From: a virus
Taxonomy: Duplodnaviria; Caudoviricetes
DNA length: 64,000 nucleotides
Reading direction: 5' to 3' (one strand)
Virus record (IMG/VR): IMGVR_UViG_3300030708_002673
Coordinates: 18,130 to 82,129 of that record
Shown here: in pieces, positions 45,488-54,989 of the stretch
How the letters are laid out: the number at the start of each line of letters is the position of its first letter
How positions within the stretch are numbered: the stretch's first letter is position 1
Position numbers and translations under genes: made by a program
The notes under the pieces: model-generated
What the model saw: only the letters and a program-made list of their open reading frames with translations
What the model was told of the DNA's origin: nothing
Databases searched by the model: none

Positions 45488-47323
45488 ATGTCAAGAGCCA
45501 GGGAACTAGCTAAGGTAGGTGGAAAGAATCAACAAGTTATTGCTGGTCTTTCTTCCCACGTTGGCGTCTCCACTTTCGCAGCAGACGTGTTTATGTACAG
45601 TAACCTAGAGGTTACTGGCACAACCACTTTCAATGGAGGCACCCTGACCCTCGGGGATGCTGCATCTGATAATGTTGTATTTGGCGCAGATGTGAATTCT
45701 CACATCATTCCGAATTCGGATGATACTTATGATCTGGGTTCAGCTTCACAACAGTGGCGGAACTTGCATCTTGATGGAGTAGCAAATATTGATACTCTGA
45801 ATGTTGAAGGTACTGCAACTTTTAGTACCGCACTTGCTAATAGTAACTTACAGAACAGCAGCATCAGTCTCGGTGGAGTCTCCATCGCACTGGGTGAGAC
45901 AAATGCAACTCCTGCATTCGACCTCTCAGATGCTACTGACTATCCTACTTCTAGTCTGAGTGGCACGATCACCAACGCTCAGTTGGCAGGATCTATTGCT
46001 AACAGCAAACTTGCTAACAGCACCGTCAGTTTTGGTGGTGTTGAGTTGGCACTGGGTGCTGGCGATGCAACTCCTGCTTTTGATCTGCAAGATGCCACCA
46101 ACTATCCTACTTCTAGTCTGAGTGGCACGATCACTAACGGTCAGTTGGCAGGTTCTATTGCTAACAGCAAACTCGCCAATAACAGCGTATCTTACGGTGG
46201 TATTGAGTTGGCACTGGGTGCATCTGATGCCACCCCTGCCTTTGACCTTTCTGATGCCACTGGTCTTCCGATCAGCAGCGGTGTTTCTGGTCTTGCTAGC
46301 AACGTTGCTACCTTCCTCGGCACACCTTCCAGCGCAAACCTGCGTTCTGTTGTAACTGACGAGACTGGAACTGGTGCTCTGGTCTTTGGTACCTCACCAA
46401 CCATTGCAACGCCAGATGTGACTGGGCGTGCAACGATGGATGATATCGCCCTGAGTGGTGGTATCACAGTTGGTGCTGGTCTTACCGTTACCGGTGACCT
46501 GGTTGTGAATGGTACTACAACTACCATCAACAGCACCACAATTAGTGTGGATGACAAGCACATTGAACTGGGTGCTACTTCTTCTCCTGATGATAGTTCT
46601 GCCGATGGTGGTGGTGTTATCCTGAAGGGTGGTAGTGATCACAGCATTCTGTGGTATAATGATAATGATCACTGGGAGTCCAGTGAGCACTTCAACCTTG
46701 TAAGTGGCAAGTCATACCAAATCGCTGACACCGCAGTTCTTTCTGCAACTGCACTTGGGTCTGGCGTTGTCAGTTCTTCACTGACCTCTGTTGGCACAAT
46801 TGCTTCTGGTGTTTGGCAGGGTACTGCGATTGCTAACGCATACATCGCAAACAGCACCGTATCTTACGGTGGTATTGAGTTGGCATTGGGCGCTTCTGAT
46901 GCCACTCCTGCATTCGACCTCACGGATGCAACCAGTCTGCCTATTTCTACTGGTGTTTCTGGTCTTGGAAGCAACGTAGCAACATTCCTTGCTACTCCTT
47001 CCAGCAGCAACCTTGCTAGTTGTGTGACTGACGAGACCGGTGGAGGCGGTGCTTTGGTGTTCTCATCCAACCCCCTCTTCTCTGGTCTTACAGTTTCTGA
47101 TGACATTGTGCCTAATGCCAACGGCACAATTGATATTGGATCTACTGGCACACGGTTCGCCAATGTCTATACCAGTGACCTTGACCTCAGCAATGAGGCG
47201 AAGGGCGTCAACTCCGTTGACGGCACCTGGGGTTCCTACCTTATTGAGGAGGGTGAAAATGATCTCTACATCACCAACCGTCGTAGTGGTAAGCGTTACC
47301 GCTTCATGATGGAAGAAGTTTGA
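45488..47323 (+). CDS. Tail fibre protein with internal 54-aa repeats
   Basis: MSRARELA start; repeats; C-terminal GSYLIEEGENDLYITNRRSGKRY. Confidence 0.75.
   Translation: MSRARELAKVGGKNQQVIAGLSSHVGVSTFAADVFMYSNLEVTGTTTFNGGTLTLGDAASDNVVFGADVNSHIIPNSDDTYDLGSASQQWRNLHLDGVANIDTLNVEGTATFSTALANSNLQNSSISLGGVSIALGETNATPAFDLSDATDYPTSSLSGTITNAQLAGSIANSKLANSTVSFGGVELALGAGDATPAFDLQDATNYPTSSLSGTITNGQLAGSIANSKLANNSVSYGGIELALGASDATPAFDLSDATGLPISSGVSGLASNVATFLGTPSSANLRSVVTDETGTGALVFGTSPTIATPDVTGRATMDDIALSGGITVGAGLTVTGDLVVNGTTTTINSTTISVDDKHIELGATSSPDDSSADGGGVILKGGSDHSILWYNDNDHWESSEHFNLVSGKSYQIADTAVLSATALGSGVVSSSLTSVGTIASGVWQGTAIANAYIANSTVSYGGIELALGASDATPAFDLTDATSLPISTGVSGLGSNVATFLATPSSSNLASCVTDETGGGGALVFSSNPLFSGLTVSDDIVPNANGTIDIGSTGTRFANVYTSDLDLSNEAKGVNSVDGTWGSYLIEEGENDLYITNRRSGKRYRFMMEEV
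45854..46260 (+). repeat. 162-nt (54-aa) tandem repeat inside fibre gene
   Basis: TATCCTACTTCTAGTCTGAGTGGCACGATCAC at 45941 and 46103; ATPAFDL motif recurs again near 46900. Confidence 0.85.
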
Positions 47324-47363
47324 TCATTATCTATAAATACACTACGAAGGAGACGCAAAGTCA

Positions 47364-48176
47364 ATGGCTCTATACGGTACTGGTTCAAACGTAAACCAAA
47401 CCACAGACGTTAGTGCCGGTAATTATGGTTCGGCTAGTGCCATTCCCATCATTACTGTCGATTCAGATCAGCGCATCAGTGCTATCAACACTGCTGCCAT
47501 CACTCTGGACGCATCGGTCAACGCTAACGCATCTGTTGGTGATGTTGGTACGTACGCTTTTCTGCAACAATCTGGTTCAGAAAACTCGGCAACAAACCCT
47601 GGTAGCACGGTAGCAGGTTCATCCCTGCGCTATTCTGACGCTACTGGGCGTAAAAGTAATACTGCACCGTCAGGTAACTGGCGCTGCATGGGATATGACT
47701 CTGGTGCAGCACTGGTGAACTCCGGTTCTGGTACTGGTTCAGGTTCTGGATCCGGTAACGTGTCCGCTAACCCTGATGGCAACCTGGCACTGTCCGGTGG
47801 TAATATCCAGGGTAACACTTCACTCTCTGGTGGTAACCTTTCTGGTAACTTGAGTGGTAACCTGAGTGGTGGTAACATTGACGGTAACACAAACGTCAAC
47901 GTTTCCGGTAACATCCAGGGTGGTAAAGGCGGTTCCTTCAATGTGAACTCCGGTGTTCCTACCGATAACTTGGCAGTTGGTGGTTCTGTTGACGTGGGTG
48001 GCGATAACGCCACGATCTCGGGTAACGTTCCTACCGACAACCTTAGCGTTGCAGGTAACATCCCAACCGACAACCTGACCATCAACGGCACTGCTTCAGT
48101 CAACGTGACTGTCAACTCAGTGACTGTGAACACCACAGTTGCTTACTCAGCAACCCTTTGGTTGCGTTATTCCTGA
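47364..48176 (+). CDS. Short tail-fibre/adhesin with Gly-Ser-Asn low-complexity insert
   Basis: VGTYAFL..PGSTVAGSSLRY..WRCMG..TLWLRY; TATAAATA at 47332-47339. Confidence 0.65.
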   Translation: MALYGTGSNVNQTTDVSAGNYGSASAIPIITVDSDQRISAINTAAITLDASVNANASVGDVGTYAFLQQSGSENSATNPGSTVAGSSLRYSDATGRKSNTAPSGNWRCMGYDSGAALVNSGSGTGSGSGSGNVSANPDGNLALSGGNIQGNTSLSGGNLSGNLSGNLSGGNIDGNTNVNVSGNIQGGKGGSFNVNSGVPTDNLAVGGSVDVGGDNATISGNVPTDNLSVAGNIPTDNLTINGTASVNVTVNSVTVNTTVAYSATLWLRYS

Positions 48177-48194
48177 TCAACCAAAGGTAGTAAA

Positions 48195-48593
48195 ATGTCC
48201 TTCACAGTAAACGCAGTTCGTAACCCCAAGTGGGCAAACCCTGAACACAATATGATCGACATGGAAGTCGATTTTATTGAGTTTGAGGAAGCATGGCTAC
48301 CATACACATCGTCTCCTACTGATGTGGTAGAGCACTCACGCTCCCTCTATTCTCGTGCACTGGCTGGTGAGTTTGGCACCATTGCCGATTGCGAGACTCC
48401 TCAAAAGTGGACTCCTTATTACGAAGACTCTATCGAAGTCTCCACCGAGGGTCTGGTCCAACTCCTGTTGGAAAAAGGTCTCCTTACAGACGATGAAGTA
48501 GATAGCATTCTGCTTGAGAAAACCGAGCACGTCGGTTATTATCGTCGTACTAATGATGGGGTCAACCGCCAATGGGGCGGTGGTATGGCGTGA
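48195..48593 (+). CDS. tfa: Tail fibre assembly chaperone (Tfa-like)
   Basis: RNPKWAN...IDMEV...PYTSSPTD...LYSRALAGEFGTIA. Confidence 0.7.
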   Translation: MSFTVNAVRNPKWANPEHNMIDMEVDFIEFEEAWLPYTSSPTDVVEHSRSLYSRALAGEFGTIADCETPQKWTPYYEDSIEVSTEGLVQLLLEKGLLTDDEVDSILLEKTEHVGYYRRTNDGVNRQWGGGMA

Positions 48594-49581
48594 GGATTGG
48601 GTCATAGCGCAACCTTCAGACAAATGGCATCATAGTATGATGAGGTATCTTGGTTTTCCCCAGGATACCTTTTTTATGTTTGGTATTGCTCCTGGTGTAT
48701 GTCGGGAAGCAATAGGTCGTCCAGACTTACTGTATACCAAACCAGATGCATTTGATAGTAAACTATTCTATTCATGGTCTAGATTCCACCATGAAAAAAT
48801 AACTAAGAGTAGGTTCTCAACCGTACGTAGTTACTACGGAACATGTCCCTTTGTATGGGAGTTGGGTAGAGTACACACACAGAGACGTGTAGACCCAAAA
48901 GGATCACTATTCTTTCTTCCACGTGATGATCAAGTTACGATCAGAGTGGATGAACACCAGACTGTGCAGGATGCTATTGACTCAGCACCTACACCAGTCA
49001 CATTTCTCGTGCCATTTCGTGACTGTGATAAGTGGAAGCACTGGACTAAACTAAAGTTACCTGAGGATCATGAACTAGTGTCACTGACTGACCGTGATGC
49101 ACGGCAGATCAAGTTGGCAACATTATTCCAGAAGCATGACCATGTTTATATCCCATGGCCAGGCACTGACCTATACTATGCTGCCTATCTTGGTAAGGCA
49201 GTACACTTGTATGATGATATAAGAAACTATAGAACCAAGACTAGAGATGAGATGGACCGTGAACCTGAGAGGATCCTGTCTCATTTGAAGTGGGGATATG
49301 ATTATCTAACAGAGAAGCAGAAGACATTCTTCCACTGGACTGAGAACTGGAATGATATAGATTTTCATGACCGTGTGTGGTTGGTCAATAATATGCTAGG
49401 ACTCGATGCATTGAAGTCACCGAGGAAATTATATACTGACATGATAGAAAATGGTATGATCCATCCCCTGCAACAGTTCAGGGAGCATGAATCATACCAA
49501 CGTGGTTATGAATGGATTGTCAAGCAACAAGTAGACTCAGACCTGACTACACTGGGTGCCAAAATGGCGGGTCTTCTGTAG
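48580..49581 (+). CDS. Hypothetical protein, possibly GT-B-like glycan transferase
   Basis: KGSLFFLP...GTDLYYAAYLGKAVHL resembles polysaccharide-locus proteins; likely GTG start at 48580. Confidence 0.4.
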   Translation: MVWREDWVIAQPSDKWHHSMMRYLGFPQDTFFMFGIAPGVCREAIGRPDLLYTKPDAFDSKLFYSWSRFHHEKITKSRFSTVRSYYGTCPFVWELGRVHTQRRVDPKGSLFFLPRDDQVTIRVDEHQTVQDAIDSAPTPVTFLVPFRDCDKWKHWTKLKLPEDHELVSLTDRDARQIKLATLFQKHDHVYIPWPGTDLYYAAYLGKAVHLYDDIRNYRTKTRDEMDREPERILSHLKWGYDYLTEKQKTFFHWTENWNDIDFHDRVWLVNNMLGLDALKSPRKLYTDMIENGMIHPLQQFREHESYQRGYEWIVKQQVDSDLTTLGAKMAGLL

Positions 49582-50440
49582 GTATTAGATTGAAGAACTC
49601 ACTGTCATGGTGTCCACGGTCATCAACATACGCTGAGGCACGTGGTTTACCAAAGTATAACTGGTGATACTTGACACCCCACTGATCTAATTGCTGCTCA
49701 GTCCTGCTGCGATACAGGTAGTCAGCATTACGTTGCTGTGCTTGTGGGTCATTAGGAAATCTCTGTGCACTAACGATAGATCCACGTGCTGTCTGTAGAT
49801 ATATTGTTGCACCATCGTCATATAACTGATTGATCTTTTTGATGCGATCCCTACGTGGTACAGCATTCCACGGGTCACCATCGTGTGGTTCAGTCAGTGT
49901 GCCATCAATGTCAATGCAGTACACATTGCACCTAGATGGTACATCCTGTGACTTGACACTGCTTGGTAGTTGTGGTAACTCAACACCACACTCTTCCATG
50001 ACATTATATAATGCCATCATGGCAAACACTTCAAACTCATGGTAATGAGTTGCATCAACCACCAGTGTGGGGATGCGATCGTGTTTCTCAGGTGCCACCA
50101 GTAGTATGTTCGTGGTGAATGGTGGTTGCCTACGCCATGCTCGTTCTAATGCACCAAGAGCATACACAGCAGGAGAGTTGATCCTACATGTGATAAGGAT
50201 GACTAGATCTGCTGACTTGGTGGCATAGTCCAACCATGGTCCATGCCAATGACTGTCACCACCTAGTGCAGTTTGATTGACACTATCAGGTGCAAAGCAG
50301 AACTTATCCAAGTGACGATACATGTCACTCGCCATGTGTTGTGCAATGGCAAGGTTGCCACCAGTGCCTAGTAATGCCACACACTTGGCATTACTGACCA
50401 TCTCTGCTGCCTGTTTTAGTTCTGTAGGGTCAACAACCAT
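49547..50440 (-). CDS. GmhA-like SIS sugar-phosphate isomerase fused to HAD phosphatase
   Basis: GTGGNLAIAQHMASD (SIS); CIDIDGTL, TARG, GKP, YVDD (HAD); start uncertain. Confidence 0.75.
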   Translation of the reverse strand: MVVDPTELKQAAEMVSNAKCVALLGTGGNLAIAQHMASDMYRHLDKFCFAPDSVNQTALGGDSHWHGPWLDYATKSADLVILITCRINSPAVYALGALERAWRRQPPFTTNILLVAPEKHDRIPTLVVDATHYHEFEVFAMMALYNVMEECGVELPQLPSSVKSQDVPSRCNVYCIDIDGTLTEPHDGDPWNAVPRRDRIKKINQLYDDGATIYLQTARGSIVSAQRFPNDPQAQQRNADYLYRSRTEQQLDQWGVKYHQLYFGKPRASAYVDDRGHHDSEFFNLIPTEDPPFWHPV

Positions 50441-51129
50441 TCCACCTCTTGAATGTGCCATGTACGATCTACTGCTCTGATTTTACCACACTTTAGATCG
50501 TATGGTATGACATCATATTTACCAATGAAACCAATAGTGTCAAGTCCACGCCAGTGCTTGACAAATGTCATGTCACAGTTAGGGAAATCAACGATGACGT
50601 TTCGTCTATAGAAGTATAGTCCCAGTTGCACAGTGATATTGTCACACACCACATCAGGTGAGCGTTGCATGTGAATAACTTTACCGTTATTCTCTACCAT
50701 CTTGACAACATCTTCGTCTTCAATCTCTCCATCCTCTAATCTTCGTGAACTCTGCACCATGTCACAGTCATTATCAATACCAAACGCAATCATTTCGTCT
50801 ATCCACTCAGGTTGAGTGAGTGGTTCATCACCCTGTAGATTGAAGACATATTCGTGTGGTTGAGTTACTGCTACTTCAGCAACACGATGTGTGCATGTAT
50901 AGTGCACAGAGGTAAGCATTGCATCATATCCATTCTTATATGCTAGATCAACGATTACTTCGTCTTCAGTAGCGATAATAACGTCATCGATATACTTTGA
51001 CCTAGAAGCAATCTCCGCCACTCTCAGGACCATCTGGGTGCCACTGATGAGTGCTAATGGTTTACCTGGGAATCTCCCTGACGACATTCGTGCTGGGATG
51101 ACACATAATACTCGCTTGCCTTTATACAT
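50416..51129 (-). CDS. kdsB: KdsB-like CMP-ulosonate cytidylyltransferase
   Basis: VIPARMSSGRFPGKPLALI, VIIATED, THRVAEV, NLQGDEP. Confidence 0.85.
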   Translation of the reverse strand: MYKGKRVLCVIPARMSSGRFPGKPLALISGTQMVLRVAEIASRSKYIDDVIIATEDEVIVDLAYKNGYDAMLTSVHYTCTHRVAEVAVTQPHEYVFNLQGDEPLTQPEWIDEMIAFGIDNDCDMVQSSRRLEDGEIEDEDVVKMVENNGKVIHMQRSPDVVCDNITVQLGLYFYRRNVIVDFPNCDMTFVKHWRGLDTIGFIGKYDVIPYDLKCGKIRAVDRTWHIQEVEWLLTLQN

Positions 51130-51172
51130 GAGCGGTGATATACTAAGTACATAATAACATCTACTGATATCT

Positions 51173-51736
51173 ATGTCCATCCTTGGTGATAGTCACACCA
51201 AAACTATTTGGCACATGGCATTCACTATCCCTGACATTGAGGAGGGTATTAGATGGTACTGTGATGTATTAGGTTGTAGATTCTGCCAACGTTTTGCTAT
51301 CAATGTTGAAGACGGATCCCATAACCCTGGGTTTATATTCTCTTTCGCTGGGCATCACGTAAGTGTACTCCAAGGACCAACATCTGTTGATCAACCAGAC
51401 AGCAGACTTCCTAGACACAATGGTCCTGTATTCTTGGATCGTGATGAATACTTTGAGGTGGTTGAACATTGTAAGAACCACCCTGAGATCAATGTAATAG
51501 ATAGTAAATACAATTTCTTGATACCCAAGAGAATTGATCCTGCGGTTGCACATTTGCATGGTCAGAATGTTCGGTGTCATAGAACTACTATCAAAGATCC
51601 ATGGAACAATTGGATTGAGTTCAAGTATTATTCCTACGAGGATGAAATCCACGCTCAGAATTTGTCATGGTCTGATAAACCCAAGCATCCAGCAGTTTGG
51701 AGAGCAAAAGATCGAAAGCATCGGTGGTCAAAATGA
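51173..51736 (+). CDS. VOC/glyoxalase-family protein
   Basis: HMAFTIPDIEEGIRWYCDVLG, RHNG, KDPWNNWIEFK. Confidence 0.75.
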   Translation: MSILGDSHTKTIWHMAFTIPDIEEGIRWYCDVLGCRFCQRFAINVEDGSHNPGFIFSFAGHHVSVLQGPTSVDQPDSRLPRHNGPVFLDRDEYFEVVEHCKNHPEINVIDSKYNFLIPKRIDPAVAHLHGQNVRCHRTTIKDPWNNWIEFKYYSYEDEIHAQNLSWSDKPKHPAVWRAKDRKHRWSK

Positions 51737-52389
51737 GAATCTTGTTCAGTGGAGATAGTTTCACTTGGGGTGATGAGTTAGAGAACAATACTGAGGAGAG
51801 ATTCAGTCGCCTGGTATCTCAACATTTTGATGCAGAAGAGATCAATGTATCAAAGTGTGGCAATAGTAATGATACAATCCTCCGGGAGATAGTTGGTGTG
51901 TCTGCTGACATAGTAATCACACAATGGTCAGTGCCTAGTAGATACGAGACATTTCTAAAGAATCAATTCTTGTCTGTACTACCATCAGATGCAACAAATG
52001 GTCCCTTTACTACAAGTAACAACACAATCAGAAACCTGGCGAGACAATACTATGCACATGTTCAGAACAAGGTAATAGATCACAACAATTTGTGGAAGAA
52101 TGTCATGATGGCAGATCTTCTGTGTGATAAAATGGGAGCACTGCATGTAACTGTTGGTTTGAATCGACATGACTACATGCATGAATCAACTGTGTTTCAT
52201 GGTAAGAGACAGGATCTCACATTCATCTGTCCAGATATTATTGGAGAGATGAGAGATGAGAAGACTTTCTGCCCTGATCTTATGCACATTGATAAGACAA
52301 AGCATGGCAATCATCCCAATGTAGAAGGACACAAACGCATCGCTAACTACCTCATCAATCAGATAAAGATCTTACAGAAAAATGCCTGA
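51733..52389 (+). CDS. SGNH/GDSL hydrolase-like protein
   Basis: FSGDSFTWG, GNSND, HPNVEGH. Confidence 0.78.
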   Translation: MRILFSGDSFTWGDELENNTEERFSRLVSQHFDAEEINVSKCGNSNDTILREIVGVSADIVITQWSVPSRYETFLKNQFLSVLPSDATNGPFTTSNNTIRNLARQYYAHVQNKVIDHNNLWKNVMMADLLCDKMGALHVTVGLNRHDYMHESTVFHGKRQDLTFICPDIIGEMRDEKTFCPDLMHIDKTKHGNHPNVEGHKRIANYLINQIKILQKNA

Positions 52390-52735
52390 GTGGAATCAAT
52401 CTAGTGTCCCCCAATTTGAAGAGAATGAGTGGAGTGTGGGTGATATTGTTCAGTTTGGATCCCACTATGGCATTGTGAGTTTCTTTTCAACCAGTGGCAT
52501 GAGTGTGTGTATATGTAAGGGAAGTGGCACAACCTGCTACCCACGTAAGGATGTGATCATGGTAGTGAGGTGTGATCAGGATGTTACATCTCATGACGGT
52601 TCTCGGTTACACTCCTCATTGCGTGGTATAGAACCACAATATAGTTTCTGCCCCACTCCACATACCAATATCAGCAAGCAAATTGCCAAGCGTGTGCCAG
52701 TTTCAGAGGTGGTGCAAGACGGCAAAATGCCTTGA
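52382..52735 (+). CDS. Hypothetical protein
   Basis: ATG overlaps the SGNH stop; 3' part runs into a promoter motif, so its length is doubtful. Confidence 0.4.
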   Translation: MPEWNQSSVPQFEENEWSVGDIVQFGSHYGIVSFFSTSGMSVCICKGSGTTCYPRKDVIMVVRCDQDVTSHDGSRLHSSLRGIEPQYSFCPTPHTNISKQIAKRVPVSEVVQDGKMP

Positions 52736-52750
52736 AAGTGCGGGTAATAT
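52694..52750 (+). promoter_or_regulatory. Palindromic early-type promoter (degenerate copy)
   Basis: GTGCCA-N10-TGGTGC-N29-TAATAT, then CAGTT. Confidence 0.5.
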
Positions 52751-52771
52751 ATACCCAGTTGAAACCCCTCA

Positions 52772-54883
52772 TTGATGTCCACCACTGAGATTCAGGGCAT
52801 GCTCGCCCGTCTCCTGGCAACAGAGAATCTACTAGTTGAACATCGGCAGGTGTCAACTGCATCATTTGATATTGACAGACGGATCCTGACTCTACCCATG
52901 TGGGATGGTGTCTCGAAGTCAGTGTACGATATGCTGGTTGCTCATGAGGTGGGACATGCACTGTTCACACCACTGAGAGAGTGGAAGAGGGAGCGTCATT
53001 ATAAATCAATCCCGTTCTCTTATGTGAACATCATTGAAGATGCCCGTATTGAGGCATTGATGAAGCACAGATATCCTGGTCTTATCCGTGACTTCCACCA
53101 TGGATATAAGGCACTGAATCATAATGACTTCTTCGAGTTGAACGGCAAGGATGTGAATACATTCCTGTTCATTGATCGTATCAACCTATACTTCAAGGTT
53201 GGATCACTGTATGATATCAAGTTCAACGATAAAGAAGCAGATATTGTTACTCAGATCAGTAAGTGCAGGACATTTGATCAAGTCCTGGTGCTTGCAATGC
53301 TGGCATACTCACTAGAGAAGGAACAGCAAAAGGATGCTATTGAAGCATTCCGTCAGGGTGAGAAAGAGGGTCAGGGTGAGAGTGGTGACCAAGGAAACAT
53401 GGAACAGAGTGATAACCAAGGTGATGAGGGTGAGCATAACCCTGACCTAGACACTCCTTCATATGAGAGTGGACAGGATGGTGAACTTGATCCTGATGGT
53501 GAAGAACCTGAGTCAGAAACTCAGAAGTCATTTGATAAGAACCTCAGAGATCTTCGCAATCAGAATAGTTCTGGTCCCACATATATGACTCTGCCGGATG
53601 TATTCTTGGATAAAGTCATCTATCCAGTTGCAAGGGTGAGGGAAGACATGGAGCGTCACTTCAATCTCTGCAAAAATCTAGAGAAGGATGGCACCCATGA
53701 GAATAATATGTGCAGAGAAAGTGTGTTCCAATTTGAGAAGGAGTATAAACAGTTCAAATTGTCTGCACGTAAGGGTGTCAATGCCCTGGTGAAGGAGTTT
53801 GAAATGCGAAAAAGTGCTGATTCATACGCCAGAACATCAATTGCTCGCACTGGTGTACTTGATACAGGCAAACTCCACACCTACAAGTATAACGAAGATC
53901 TCTTCCGTAAGGTGTCCATCACTACAGACGGTAAGAATCACTCCCTCATATTTGTACTGGACTGGTCAGGTTCAATGGCAAATGAGATGCTGAGCACTGT
54001 AAAGCAGTTGTTTCAACTGCTGTGGTTCTGCCGCAAGGTGAGCATCCCCTTTGAAGTATATGCCTTCACCAATGAAGCATGGAGGGCAGATGATAACCCA
54101 GAAGATCACAAGAACTGTGAGTGGAGAGAGAATGATCTCTACCTGGGCAAAGAGTTCCGGATGGTGAACTTGATCAGCAGCAATATGAAACCACATGATT
54201 TCGATCAACAACTGGAATATGTGTGGTTGACTGCTGTGTCATTCACTCACTGGATACATACACCATTTGGATACGGATTGTCCGGCACACCTATCAATGA
54301 AGCAATTGTATGTGTGGGTAAGATTGCCAAAGAATATCAGAAGAAGACTAAGACACAGAAATGTAATGTGGTCTTCCTTACTGATGGTGAGGGCAATCAT
54401 TCAGGCATGAATGTACGTCAGATTGGATATGACGATGTTGAGCGTAACTCAGCGACTGCAATTCGCTGGAATACTATCATTCGCCACAAATCCCATACTT
54501 TCAATATCGACGGGATGGGTGCTGCCCTGACCAACACACTTCTGAGAGCAATAAAAGTGGATAATCCTACTTGCAACTTCATGGCATTCAGGTTGTTCGC
54601 ACCGAACGACATGGTCTCCCTCTACAGGCAGTACGGAACTGAGTCCTACAGCACATATGACGACATGCGTCAAGAGATGAGGAAGCATGGCAGTGTATCA
54701 TTCACTACACCAGGATTCGATCGCTGGTTTGGTATTCCAATCAAGAACCTGTCCACCAGTGAGGAACTAGCAGTGGATGAGGGTGCTAAAAAGAGTGATG
54801 TAAGCAAGGCATTCCGCAAGATGCACACCTCCAAGCGATCTAACAAGTACATTGTGAAGTCCTTCATGGAGCAGATCGCGTGA
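52772..54883 (+). CDS. CobT-like protein: HExxH peptidase-like domain plus vWA domain
   Basis: VAHEVGH, NIIEDARIE, LDWSGSM, FLTDGE. Confidence 0.85.
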   Translation: MMSTTEIQGMLARLLATENLLVEHRQVSTASFDIDRRILTLPMWDGVSKSVYDMLVAHEVGHALFTPLREWKRERHYKSIPFSYVNIIEDARIEALMKHRYPGLIRDFHHGYKALNHNDFFELNGKDVNTFLFIDRINLYFKVGSLYDIKFNDKEADIVTQISKCRTFDQVLVLAMLAYSLEKEQQKDAIEAFRQGEKEGQGESGDQGNMEQSDNQGDEGEHNPDLDTPSYESGQDGELDPDGEEPESETQKSFDKNLRDLRNQNSSGPTYMTLPDVFLDKVIYPVARVREDMERHFNLCKNLEKDGTHENNMCRESVFQFEKEYKQFKLSARKGVNALVKEFEMRKSADSYARTSIARTGVLDTGKLHTYKYNEDLFRKVSITTDGKNHSLIFVLDWSGSMANEMLSTVKQLFQLLWFCRKVSIPFEVYAFTNEAWRADDNPEDHKNCEWRENDLYLGKEFRMVNLISSNMKPHDFDQQLEYVWLTAVSFTHWIHTPFGYGLSGTPINEAIVCVGKIAKEYQKKTKTQKCNVVFLTDGEGNHSGMNVRQIGYDDVERNSATAIRWNTIIRHKSHTFNIDGMGAALTNTLLRAIKVDNPTCNFMAFRLFAPNDMVSLYRQYGTESYSTYDDMRQEMRKHGSVSFTTPGFDRWFGIPIKNLSTSEELAVDEGAKKSDVSKAFRKMHTSKRSNKYIVKSFMEQIA

Positions 54884-54938
54884 CAGTCAAGCAACTGTCA
54901 CACCATTGTCACAGTCCTCCCCCTCCATCCTTTATACT
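54880..54938 (+). promoter_or_regulatory. Palindromic early-type promoter
   Basis: GTGACA-N10-TGTCAC-N31-TATACT, then CAGTT. Confidence 0.7.
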
Positions 54939-54989
54939 TTCTTCAGTTCCTAGGAAACTAGGCGACTCACACTAACCTCATTATTTACG

